Assembly: GCF_963921235.1 (NCBI RefSeq)
Contig: NC_086097.1
Location: forward strand, 89,530,001-89,594,000
Length of the DNA stretch: 64,000 nucleotides
From: Mobula hypostoma
Lineage: Eukaryota
Direction of reading: 5' to 3'
Shown here: positions 13,462-25,012 of the stretch, one piece after another
How the letters are laid out: every line of letters starts with the position of its first letter
Position numbering within the stretch: position 1 is the first letter of the stretch
The notes under the pieces: generated by a model
The model's input: only the letters and a program-made list of their open reading frames with translations
The model's database searches: none
What the model was told of the DNA's origin: nothing
Translations under genes and position numbers: made by a program

Positions 13462-13989
13462 CACTCAGTAGCCACTTTAATATATACACCTGTTAATTAA
13501 TGAAAATATGTAATTGGCCAATCATGTGGCAGCAACTCAATGCATAAAAGCATACAGACATGGCCAAGAGGTTTGGTAGTTGTTCAGACCAAAAATCAGA
13601 ATGGGGTGGCAACGTGATCTAAGTGACTTTGATTGTGGGATAATAGTTGCTGCATGATGGGTGGTTTGAGTATCTCAGAAATTGTTGATTTAGTGGCTTT
13701 TTCACACATCACACTTTAGATTTGCAGAGAATGGTGTAAAGAACAAAAAAAAATCCAGTGAGAGGCAGTTCTGTGGATGAAAATGCCTTGTTAATGAGAG
13801 AGGGCAGAGGAGAATGACCATTCTGTTACAAGCTGACAGGAAGGTGACGTTAGCTCAAATAACCATGCGTTACCACAGTGGTGTGCAGAAGAGCATCTCT
13901 AGACGCATAACATATCGAACATTGAAGAGGATGAGCTGCAGCAGCAGAAAACCAGGAACGTAATTTCACTGGCTACCTTATTAGGCACA
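13462..13989 (+). mobile_element. Tc1 DNA transposon 5' relic (TIR + transposase HTH N-terminus)
   Basis: TA (13460-61) then cactcagtagccacttt. Degenerate MG..RDLSDFDCGIIVAA...LSISEIVDL...SSERQFCG*KCLVNERGQRRM..L.QADRKVT.AQITMRY...QKSIS...TLKRMSCSSRKP. Confidence 0.85.
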
Positions 13990-14909
13990 AGACAGAGATT
14001 CAAATGGTTCATGTACACAGGAATGTGTTACAGGCTTAGAATGAAGTGTAACCTTATTGAAGGTAATTGAACATGGTCTAACTAGAGAACAGTGGCTTCC
14101 TGATAATCTGATCAGTTAACAGACATTCTGAGGATAGTTTAAGCCTATTATTTAATTGCAGTTCAGCTTGTTTATTTATAGATTAACAGATATTTCAAAT
14201 GGACAATGATCTGGAAACTAAGCAAGGGGTTCATATGGCTTATGAGCAGAATAGAGGAGAAATCCAGATCAGAATCTGAACGATGTGGTGAGATTTGATT
14301 CAAAAGTTTTATATATAAGCATTCAATACCTAGGAACAATGTATAAATCACATTAAGCAAAGAGTTCTAAGCACATACATTTTTCTAGGCTGAAATATAT
14401 TCAAGGAGTTAAAGAGATTTCATACATAGGAATATAGATATGTAATCAGTTCCTTGCTGGAATCTAAGTGAGGGATTCTAATTATTAACTTGCAGAATAA
14501 TGGGCACCAGGATGTGACTTACAGCCTGAAATTTAATTGATGGATTTAGTTGGTCTTTAATTTGATGGATGCCTTCTCAGGAGTCAGCAAGATGTCGGCC
14601 TCTAATGGTAGGTTTCAGATGGCTAAGTATAGGTTAATGGTTACCTGGGGGTCATTTGCTAGCTTGTGCCTGCGATTCAGAAGCAGGTTTACAGGCATTA
14701 GATTACTGTATATCACATATCATTCTAGTGTTATGTTGGTTGTTCATTTACACAGCAAATAATTGGATGCAATATAGAAAGTCATGACCCTTCTAACAAT
14801 GTCAGCTGCAGAGTAGCAAACAGCCTCCCCAGTGACACCCAGAGCACTGAGCTCTTACTCAGGTCATCATTTGGTTATTTCAGCAATGTACCTTTGTCTT
14901 AAACAGTTA

Positions 14910-16425
14910 TCTTTGGTTCCCTGGCCGGTGGGTCTGTCCCTCTTCACATCAAGTGTATCAGACTGAAACAGACTGGTCAGAAGCTTGGTGCCCTCTTTGA
15001 ACCTGAGCTGAGCTATCAATTCAATACCCCCTCAACATCAAGACTGTCTACTTCTGCCACAGTAATATTGCCCATCCAACATGTCTGTTCATACTTGTTA
15101 AAGTTATAATTATGGCTTTATAGTTTCTAGGGTTTAACCCCCCCCTTGTTCAGATAATCAGCTTCTCAAATTTCTCCATCCATAAACAAAATCAAGCTTC
15201 AAGTAGAGCTTATTGTCAGCTGCACAAAGACATGTATACACAGATGCAGTGAAAACTTACTGGCAGCAGCATCAGAGGTACATATCATCATATAAGCAGC
15301 ATTTAGAAGAAAACATGAACATAAATTATACACAATTATCACAAGAACTAATGTAATTAGAATAAAAAAGTCAGTTTTGGTGCGAAGTGATCAAAGTGGT
15401 CATAAGGATGGTAAACTGTAGTGATGATGGTTATGCCAGCTGGTTTAAGGACTGCAGGTTGATGGCTGAACCTGGTGGTGTTGGACCTCATGCTTTTGTA
15501 CCTCCTTCCTGATGGTAGCTGTGATGGCGTGGCCCGGATTGTGCGGATCTTTGGTGTTGGATGGTGCCTTCCGGAGGCAGCACCTCTTGTAGATACTACC
15601 GATCCTGAGGAGGGGTGTGCCCATGATGTGTGGTCCAAGCCCACTAATCCCTGCTGCTTCTTACCTTCCTGCACATCTGAGTTGACATGCCAGACCGTGA
15701 TGCAACCAGTTGGAATAAATTCAAGAGTATGTCTGTAGAAGTTCATTAAAGTGTTCGGTGACAAGCCAAATCTCCCTAAATTCCCAAGAATATAGAGATG
15801 CCAGTGTATCTTCATTGTGATTACATCAATGTGCTGAGCCCAGGATGGACCATCCATTAGACATTGCTAAGGTTTCCATCAGTCAGGGTCAGCCATGGAT
15901 TGGCTATCTAGACACACAAGCTAAAGCAGTATAATATGGAGAGCAAGCTGTTGACCCCAAAGGAATGGTAGAGACTGATTACCACTTCCAACTATAATGA
16001 ACTTAAAGAACCAATTATACATTAACACATCTAAAATTCTACCAGGCACTAAATCTGATATCCCGTTACCCTTAGTTGGATTGGAATCAAAGACTCCCTA
16101 ACACTCTAATCTTTTTCTGCCCAACCCTCTTAGCTGTCTGTGATCCCTCAATATCGGTATATTGTCATCCCCAACTTTCACCGTCCCTAGCAGAGGTCAC
16201 ATGCCTTTAGCTATCTAGTCCTACTGTCTGAATGGTCAGTCTACTTGCATCTGTGTACTGTCTTGTCACTACCTCTCCACTTCTTTATATCCTCCAACAA
16301 AATCCTCTGTAAAACCAAACCTTTTTGACCATGAGTTTGATCACCTGATCTCATTTGTATTTAGTGTTAAATTATTCCTGATGTTGAGATGTCTGTGGTA
16401 TAGATGGGTAAGTTGTTGTTGTCAC
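14910..16425 (+). mobile_element. Old L2 LINE 3' relic, split by younger insertions
   Basis: RT-end-like sequence at 14960-15075 (KLGALFEPELS...KTVYF) and an L2-type 3' end ending gtaagttgttgttgt. Confidence 0.5.
15189..15855 (-). mobile_element. Rex1/Babar LINE 3' fragment
   Basis: ORF 15357..15857: WAQHID...LYILGNLGRFGLSPNTLMNFYRHTLEFIPTGCITVW...LPSGRRYKSMRSNTTRF. Confidence 0.8.
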
Positions 16426-17206
16426 AATGAATGATAACAATTAATTAATAAACAACTAAATTTGCAAGAATCACATCTGTTAACATTCAAACAAAGTGGG
16501 TTCAGGTTGGGAATAGAGAAAAAAATGCTCGAAACAAATGGGCCACGTTCTCTGATTTCAAACTTGAGTAACAAAATTTTTTCTTCCAGGTTTCATATCT
16601 CTAAACTGTGCAATAAATATGATACATTACTACCTGGCAAGATCTTAAGCCACTCCATTGAATAGATATTGTATAGTTGGAATTATTGTATTATGCTGTC
16701 CCCAGTAGCACTTCTTTCTTTAAGAAGGTATTTCTGTGGGTGAGTCACTTCATAAGCTTTGAGTTTGGAGCTACTTTAAAACCCGAGCTGTGTACCTGCT
16801 TCTTGGTAACACCCTTCAACCTGGAAATGGTTTTACCATGAGATAACCCAATGTTTCTTACATCCTTTCTTAACATTTATTTAACAACATTTTAACTACA
16901 TCATTAAATACACCAGAGTCCATATTCCAACAGCAATTGAGTCTCCATGCAGCTTAAATCACTTCTTAAAGAGTTCCCATACTGTCAGAATAAATACAGG
17001 GTGGCCTGTAACCAGTAAGTCCTTCTCAGGCCTGATCCGACTTTCACTGAAACAACGCTGATAATAAAAAGTAATCTTAGCCACTGATATCTCCCAAGAG
17101 ATATTTGAAGGCCATTAGAAGTTAATTTAAGCTTTACACACTGAGATCTATTCTCATTGTCTAGTGCAATAAGATTTCTGTCCTACTCAGAGCGTCTTCA
17201 GTTGCC

Positions 17207-17955
17207 ATCATTCAAGAAAGTTCAAAGTACATTTATTATCAAAATATGTATACATTATACATCCTTGAGATTCATCTCCTTGTAGGCAGCCACAAAACAA
17301 GAAACTGACAAGAACCCATAAAAAATCCAACAAATACCCAATGTGCAGAGACAGAGAGAGAAAAAAACAAATTTTGCAAACGATAGAAGCAAGCAAACAG
17401 CATTCGGAACACAAGTGAGTCCATAGACACGAAGCCTGGAGCAGGCCCCAGCCTCAGCCTCAGCCTCAGTTCAGCGGAGAGCAGAGCAGCGAGCAGACCT
17501 GGCTCAGTCCTTGCCTCAGGTCCCGACAGCCTGCCTTTTCAATCCATCTGGTCTGACATTTAAGTCATCCAAATATCAGGTCATTCCTTGAACTAGAACC
17601 CAGAACCCAGGCCCTGTCACATCGGTACTCTCTGTGCCTGGAGCCCACCTCCACAGTTTGGCCCGTACCTGAGCTTTCCAAGTTAGCCCGGCACTTCGAT
17701 CAATCAAAACCTTCGCTCTTGGTCCATGGCTCCGAAACTCCTCCGCTTGACTTTTCTCCGCTCCACTTGCTCCAGTTCCAACACTGCCTTGAATATACCT
17801 CGAGTTCACTCTGACCACTTCTCCTCGAACACACCTCGACCTCACTGACACCCGCATGCCTCAACCCTCGAGCCAGCCTCGACTTCACTTGCTGCTTCAC
17901 TGTTTGCGTTGATTGTTTGCAGAAAGAGTGTTATCAATGAAGTATTTAGTTATAA
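17207..17955 (-). mobile_element. Non-autonomous retroposon with shared 3' tail
   Basis: Tail ttcaaagtacatttattatcaaa on the + strand. CpG-retaining non-coding body with short internal repeats. Confidence 0.6.
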
Positions 17956-18354
17956 AGAACAGTCCCTCTTCTGCATCTTATCCAGATAATGTAAGATCCA
18001 AATAGATCCTTAGCTTCCAAATGCTATGTTGATGCCCAAGGAGGAGATACATCTGTGATCTCTGCTTCCATCAGTATTTCTACTTTTGGCTTCTTGCTGA
18101 AACAGATTCTGCACTACTGACTCTCACTGAGCTCTAGATATTTTTTTTCCTTTCATTTCCACCCCCTCCAAACACACTTGCAAGCACATCGAGCTTCTGT
18201 TTCTCGTTGAGTGTACAACTTTCTCTCTAGCTTGCTGGGTGCACAGCCACAAAAGATCAATACATTTTTCTCTTCAAGGACAGTAATTTTGTGTTTTTTC
18301 CATTCTTTGAAATGTTCAAATTCAGTGACCTCTCTATCTCTGCCATCGCAAAGA

Positions 18355-20040
18355 GGTTAACATGGAATACAGAGCAGTACAGCAGAAGAACAGACCACTT
18401 GGCCCTCTTGGGTTAGGTAGGGGGAGTTGCTGGGCATCTCGGCTCGCTGGGCTGGAAGGGCGTGTTCGGCACTGTATCTCTAAATAATAAATAAATAATT
18501 GTTGTTGCTGAACTAATCTTAGATTAGATTACAAGAACTCTCAGTCCTCTTTTATTGTCATTTAGAAATGCATGCATGCATTAAGAAATGATACAATGTT
18601 TCTCTGGAGTGATATCACAGAAAACAGGACAGACCAAAGACTAACACTGACAGAACCACATAATTATAACATATAGTTACAGCAGTGCAAAGCAATACCA
18701 TAATTTGATGAAGAACAAACCATGGGCACGGTAAATAAAATCTCAAAAGTCCTGAGTCCGTCGACTCCTGAGTCCCCGATAGCGGCGGCAAAAGGGAGAA
18801 ACTCCCTGCCATAAACCTTCAGGCACCGTCAACTTGCCGATGCCTTGGAAGCAGTCGACCACAGCCGACACTGAGTCCATCTATCCGAAAACTTCGAGCT
18901 TCCGACCACCCTCTCTGATACAGCCTCCTGAGCGCCATCCTCTGCCGAGCGCCTTCGACCTCACCCGGCTGCTGAAACACACAAAGCTGAGGATTTCGGG
19001 CCTTCTGCTCCGGAGATTCTGGTTATCACACAGTAGCAGCGGTAACGAAGCGGGCATTTCAGAAGTTTTCCAGATGTTCCTCCGTACTCTCATGTCTATC
19101 TCCATCAAATCAGGATTGTGCACGGTCCCCTACTTGACAGGTAACAGACATCACCACCGAAGTGGCCGCGCTCTTTGCTGTCACACCGCCATCTTCTCCT
19201 CTTCCATTTTAACTCAGTAATTAAACTCTTAAACAAAACGAATCCCTCTGCCTACACAATGTCCGCATCTCTTCATTCTCTGTGCATTCACATGCTTATC
19301 CAAGAACCTCTTAAACACTGCTATTGTATCAGCCTGAAGCTCCTTCCAGGCACCCACAACTCCGTATTTAAAAAGAAACTTATCGTGCATATTTCCTTTG
19401 AACTTAAGCCCACTCTTAAATATGTGTCTTCTATTATGAGGCACTTCAACCTGGGAGAAAGGTACTGGCTACCTTCTCTATCTATGCCTTTCTAAATCTA
19501 ATAAACTTATATCAGATCTCCCCTCAGCCTTTGCCGCTCTAGAGAAAACACCCTAGGTTTGTCCAGCCTCTCCTTATAGCACATACCCTCTAATCCAGAC
19601 GACATTCTGGTAAACTCCTCTAAAGTCTCCATAACCTTATCATAATGGGGCAATTAGAACTGAGTGCAATGCTCCAAATGCAGCCTAACCAGAGTTTTAT
19701 AAAGCTGTGGCTTATCTTCCTGAGTTCTACTCTAAAACTCAGTGCCTTGAGTAATGAAAACTAACATATTATTTGCCTTCTATTCCACCCGGTCAACCCG
19801 TCAGCCACATTCTGTGAGCTACGGACTTAGAACTTGAGATCCCTCTGTACATCAGCACTCTGAAGGATCCTGCCATTAACTGTGTACTGTACATTTGACC
19901 TTCCAAAGTTCAAAACCTCAAACTTGGTCAGATTAAAATCTATCTACCATCTCCCTGCCTGTATCTGCAACTGATCTATATCCCCACCATGCCCTTTGGA
20001 AATCTTCTGCATTATCCACAATGCCTCCAATCTACGAACT
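18355..20040 (-). mobile_element. CR1 3' portion with two nested inserts (18408-18500 SINE tail; 18519-19216)
   Basis: Tail aacatggaatacagagcagtacagca...; ORF 19229..19444 VVGAWKEL...TIAVFKRFLDKHVN. Confidence 0.8.
18519..19216 (-). mobile_element. ~700 bp non-autonomous retroposon: AAGATGGCG head, CpG-rich body, (AATCT)n tail
   Basis: Minus strand starts ...gagaagatggcggtg. 3' tail with AATAAA matches 3091-3309. No credible ORF. Confidence 0.7.
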
Positions 20041-20109
20041 TTGTATACGCTGCTAATCATTGGGTTATATCTATCCGTTATCCATTCACATGGTCATTGG
20101 CAGCCCATT

Positions 20110-20520
20110 CTAGCAGATGACGCCACAGCTGTGGTCTCACTTTCAGGGACTCTGCAGTTCATGTGTTTTTATGTTACTTCTTATTTTTTGTTTTTACGTG
20201 ATTTGATCGAGGGGCTTCAACTCTGATCTGACTCTGCAGCTGCGGCCTGCAGCCACTGAGCCCCTTGACCAGATTCACTCAGATCAGAGGCTCCGTGGCT
20301 GTGGACTCACTTTCGGGGATTCTGTGATTAATGTCATTTGTTTGCTTTTTATTGTTTGCACCATCAGTTGGTTTCTCACACATTGGGTGTTTGGTGGTCT
20401 TGTGTTCGGTTTTTATTTAAACAGGTCCTATTGTGCTTCCTTGTTTTGAGGCTGCCTGTAAAAAGAGAAATCTCAAGATTGGATACTGTCTGCATACTTA
20501 GACAATAAATGTACAGTACA
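20110..20520 (+). mobile_element. Non-autonomous retroposon with shared 3' tail
   Basis: Internal repeat gctgtgg(t/a)ctcactttc(a/g)ggga twice. Tail ...ggctgcctgtaaaaagagaaatctcaag...gacaataaatgtac. Confidence 0.55.
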
Positions 20521-21138
20521 GATTCCAAACCCATCTCTGTTAAGCTTCATCATTTTGTCTTCTATCTGCTCCACTTCTTGTCAGCATCAGCTGTCCAGAC
20601 AAAACCACACGAAGTCAATGCACTGTATGTTCAAAGCCCTTCTCTCACCATGTTACATCATGCTGCAGCCCGTGCTGTCCTTCCTTTAAATAATGTACAG
20701 TACTTGTTAGTAATGACGTGGGTGTAAGTGAATCTTGTCACAAGATCACTCTTGAGTTATTCAGAAGCCTGGGATCTGGTTGTCTCTTACCTTGGCAGTG
20801 CTTGCTAACCTGGAAACGCTTGATGCTTTAAATGCTTAGATGGTGCTAAATGTTGTAATGTCTCTTACAGAGAGAGTCAACATGCAAATTCAATGCACTT
20901 CCACTGGAATGCTGCCAAGTACAGGTGTCTCCTGCTTTTCAAACGTTCGCATTATGAAACCTCACTCTCACGAAAGACCTACATTAGTTATCTGTTTTCG
21001 CTAACAGAAGGTGTTTTCACTGTTGTGAAAAAAGGCAGCGCGCGATAAAAAAATCAGCGCGCGCCCCGAGCAGCCACTCTCCCCTGGATTTGGAACGGCA
21101 TTGCTTAAACACGTGCCTGTGAGCATCCGTTAGCAAGA

Positions 21139-21662
21139 TGTTAAGGATCCGGCCTGAACACTGGGTCGAAGGGCCTCTGCTGGTAGCTCTGGATCAGGAC
21201 AGTCTTTAATTTCTGTTTTCTTTCACCTGGCCACGTGGGTACTGGCCCAGCTCCTTTCCTTTTTTGGACTTCCTCCAATTACCTGCTTGTCTCCTCATTT
21301 GCACCCACTTGTTTCTAATTTTCACTCACTACTCTGTCCATTTAAACCCTGCCTTGACTAGCATTCTCTGCCAATTTGTCCCAGTTCTGACCTGTGTCGT
21401 TCCAGCCTGTCACTGTGACTTCTGCCAACTGATTTTGCCTGATTCTGTGTTTTGGACTTTGCCTGCTCTTGGACCCAATTTTTGCCTGTGTGCTCTGGAT
21501 TGTCTGCCCTCGCCTGACTGCCTTTCCTGGTAAGACCTCTGCCTGCCACTTTGGATTTGTGCCTGCCTTCTGTTTTTGAAAGACTGTTGGCTTTGTGCTC
21601 CCTAATAATCCTGGTGAAATAGTATTCATTGGTCTGCACTTGAGTCCCGCCGAAACCCGACG
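21139..21662 (+). mobile_element. Solo LTR (probably Gypsy-type) inserted at the Tigger transposase start
   Basis: Starts TGTTAAGG and ends ...cccgacg. Flanked by caaga (21134-38) / caagg (21663-67). Removing it restores gcaagATGagttctaagg. Pyrimidine-rich, LTR-like body. Confidence 0.7.
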
Positions 21663-22240
21663 CAAGGTGAGTTCTAAGGTATCGGAAAAGCCTGAAAGAG
21701 CTTGCAAGGGGGTTACACTTAGCGTAAAACTAGACATAATTAAGCGTTTTGATCGTGGTGAATGAAGTAAGGACAAAGTGAATTTGGCTTGTGGAAGTTG
21801 ACGAAGATGATGTTGAAGAGCTTTTGGCATCTCATGACCACGAACTGATAGATGAAGAGCTGATGCAATTGGAAGAGGAAAGGATAACAATTGAAACTGA
21901 ATGCAGTAGCGAACGGACTGAAAGTGAAGTCGTCCAGGAACTGAACATGAAGCAACTGTGTGAGATTTTTGCTGCAGTGATAAAGTACGACTTTAATTTT
22001 GAAAGGGTACGTCGGTTTAGGGCATATTTGCAGGATGGTTTGAGTGCTTACAAAGAACTGTATGATCTAAAAATGCGCGAGGCTAAGCAGTCAAGCAAGC
22101 CTTCCGCATCAGCCACAATAGACGATGAACCTCCACCTTCGACATCGAGGCAGGCAGACATAGAAGAAGATGACCTGCCTGCCCTGATTGACGATGAGAT
22201 GACACCCCAGTGTCCCACCATCCCAATCCCCGGGCCGCCG

Positions 22241-22537
22241 ACTGATACCGATCCGCGAAGAATGCAGGGGTACAGCGGTAGCTAGGACGCACCCAGCACA
22301 TCTTTAAGAAAAAATGCCGAAGTAAACAAGCTAATTAATTAGGTGCCACCTGATACGTAAGTGTTGGCCCAGATCAGAGGCGATTGCCGATTGTGTCGCC
22401 TCTGATCTGGGTCGACATTTATGTGCCTGGTGGCACCTAATTAATTAGCTTCTTTGTTTCGGCTTTTTTCTTAAAGATGTGCTGGGTGTGTCCCGGCTAC
22501 CGCTGTACCCCTGCATTCTTCGCGGATCGGTATCAGT
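22241..22537. repeat. Long inverted repeat (fold-back), ~142 bp arms, 12 nt loop
   Basis: The outer 42 bp (actgataccgatccgcgaagaatgcaggggtacagcggtagc) are perfectly complementary to 22496-22537. Loop 22384-22395. Confidence 0.95.
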
Positions 22538-23077
22538 TCGCTGCCCAGAGGGTAGGGGCCACTATACCACCCCAACCTGCGACGACTCAGCCTAACACAC
22601 CATCATCAGTGTGCTCGGCGTTGTCCCAATTCCGGTAAGTGATACTACACTGTACATACATTATTTCTACTTTATATCGGCTGTGTATCTTTATGTTATT
22701 TGGTATGATTTGGCAGCTTCATAGCTCAAAGGTTACTGGAGAACGCTTGCGCTGTGTTTCTGCCGAAAGCGCTTGCATGAGATTTTCGCTACGGAGAACA
22801 GTGCGGCAAAGATTGTGGAAAAGTATTTCTACTTTATACAGGCTGTGTATTTATCATATCATTCCTGCTTTTACGATATGTTACTGTTATTTTAGGTTTT
22901 ATGTGTTATTTGGCATGATTTAGTATGTTATTTTTGGGTCTGCGAACGCTCACAAAGTTTTCCCATATAAATAAATGGTAATTGCTTCTTCGCTTTACGA
23001 CATTCCGGCTTATGAACCGTTTCCTAGGAACGCTCTACCTTCGGATGGCGGGGGAAACCTGTATAGTCAGAAGCAGA

Positions 23078-23510
23078 AAAAAATAATAAATACTTTATTG
23101 ATCCCGAGTAGGAAATTCTTTTGTTACAACAGCAACATTTAAAAACACACTTAGCAGTGTGCAGACTTAACCAATAATAAAGTACAGGATAATAATATAC
23201 AAAACAATAATGTAGCAATGTGCAATAATTTGAAATAATGTTCAAAATTATAAAACAGAGACTGTTGTACTAAGATGTGTGTTCTCCTGTTACACAGAGA
23301 AGCTGTTGCATATGCGTACTGCATCTTTGTGACAGTGGAGCTGAATGAGTCCATTCAAAAGGGTGCTTCGCTGCTTATTCTGTAGGTCATGGAGAGGATG
23401 TGGCAGAATGTCCATAATGAATAGCAGTTTGTTTAGGAACCTCCTCTCCACCAGTAACTCAAGAGTCCACATTGTAGCCAAGGATGGAGCCAGCCTTTTT
23501 TAAAAGACAG
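23078..23510 (-). mobile_element. Rex1/Babar 3' end, same subfamily as 51423-54777
   Basis: LVERRFLNKLLFIMDILPHPLHDLQNKQRST matches ORF 54373..54849. Tail aataaagtatttattatt. Confidence 0.85.
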
Positions 23511-24494
23511 TTTACCTGAGCAACTGGAGGAAAAATTCCCTTTAAATCGCCAAAAAAGCCATGTTTGGAAACACTCTGCATTTCGTGGATGAAAATGTGT
23601 ATCCAAGTCTTAGACGGTACACAAATATTATATCTAAACAGATCAGATAAGGTAAGTATAACTGCTGATTTAACCACATGCAAGCTATCTTTCTTTTACT
23701 GTCAGACCAAATCTATTTCGTCAGATCATCTCTACTACCCACTTCCATTCCCACAGCAAACAGGATTCAGTTTGTAGGCATTTTGCCAATTCCCCATTCG
23801 TGTGTCCATCACATTCATTCACATCAGTTCTAACATAATATGATGCCTGATTCTTACAATCACCTGTCCAAATACACTGTATCCACTGGGGCAACACTTA
23901 ACCTTCACATACACAAATCCATTTGTTTACCTCTTGCAGGGAAAGAGAGCTTAAAGTCCAATGAACAGGATGAGAACACAAATATTCTGGCTCACTGATG
24001 CAGAGGCTCTGCAGGTCAATGGCATATTTGCAGATCATCAATCAGCGAGCTGGTGACAGATCTGCAAACAACTCTGAGGCACACATGCTGACCTTGTTCA
24101 TCAATGACCATACAATGAGCACGCTCAGTGTGGTGATAGTTATGACTGCCACAAATTAATCAAATCCCATTCTTTGTCTTCCAGGTTCTTCACGCAAAAG
24201 ACAAGTGCAGCAGGGTATACATAAGGATGATTCGCTTTTAGAGAAATCTGTTCCATTTTGTGGAAGTACTGTCACAGGACATACATTCAGGGACCAACTC
24301 AATCTCTTGAGCTTTGGCCAAGCAGGTACAAATTTGGGTAGATGGATTCACTAGTGGATGGTAGTGCAGGGATTGTAGGAAAATTTGGTGTGAGTGAAGT
24401 GGTCATCTTCTTGGAACTTGAAGGACGATTCCCAAGTAAGTCTGTGCAGCTCATAAAGAGGAGATAGTTGCACCTTAAAAAAAACAAGGTGATA

Positions 24495-24742
24495 AGTTTA
24501 GAAGAATGAGAGGGGGTCCCTTTGAAACCTACCAAATATTAAAGGGCTTGGATAGAGTGAACGTGGAAAGAATGTTTCCAATAGTGGGAGAGTCTAGGAC
24601 AAGAGGGCACAGCCACAGAACAGAAGGACTTCCCTTTAGAATAGAGATATAGAAGAATTTTTTTAGCCAGAGGGAGGTGAATTTGTGGAAGTCATAGCCA
24701 CAGACAGCTGTGGTGGCCAAGTCATTGGCTATATTTAAAGCA
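24495..24742 (+). mobile_element. CR1 ORF2 C-terminal fragment
   Basis: ETYQILKGLDRVNVERMFPIVGESRTRGHSHR...FFSQREVNLW. Confidence 0.8.
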
Positions 24743-25012
24743 GGGATGGTACAGTAGCATAGTGGTTAGCACAATGCTTTACAGCACAGGCGACCTGGGT
24801 TCATTTCCCGCCACTGCCTGTAAGGAGTTTGTATGTTCTCCCCGTAACCATGTGCGTTTCCTCTGGGTGCTCCGGTTTCTTTCCACCGCTCGAGGATATA
24901 GTGGTTGGTAGGTTAATTGGACATTGTAAATTGTCCCATGATTAGGCTAGGGTTAAATGGGGGTTGCCGGGCGGTTCGGTTTGAAGGGTCCTATTCTGTG
25001 CTGTATCTCAAT
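24743..25012 (+). mobile_element. tRNA-headed V-SINE (HE1-like), near full length
   Basis: Pol III A box TAGCATAGTGG and B box GGTTCATTTCC. V-domain ggagtttgtatgttctcccc...gggtgctccggtttc. CR1-like tail ctattctgtgctgtatctc. Confidence 0.85.

Larger units (their letters stand above)
20922..23061 (+). mobile_element. Tigger/pogo DNA transposon, internal-deletion derivative
   Basis: TA TSD (20920-21, 23062-63). Imperfect TIRs caggtgtctcctgc / gcgggggaaacctg. CENP-B-type N-terminus SSKVSEKPERACKGVTLSVKLDIIKRFDRGE joined to the acidic C-terminus EVDEDDVEELLASHDHELIDEEL...YKELY (ORF 21791..22285). No DDE core. Confidence 0.88.

Noticed and set aside
21791..22285. Domesticated TIGD/CENP-B-like host gene
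   Set aside because: It lies between TIRs with a TA TSD, lacks the DDE core, has a stop in the N-terminal piece, and its start codon is disrupted.
23925..24220. Possible host exons after acceptor-like sites (ctcttgcag 23939; tcttccag 24184)
   Set aside because: The first has stops in all three frames, the second has only a weak donor, and neither gives a recognisable peptide. RNA-seq would be needed.
24743..24815. tRNA gene
   Set aside because: The A/B boxes run straight into a V-SINE core and no full cloverleaf is evident; it is a SINE head.
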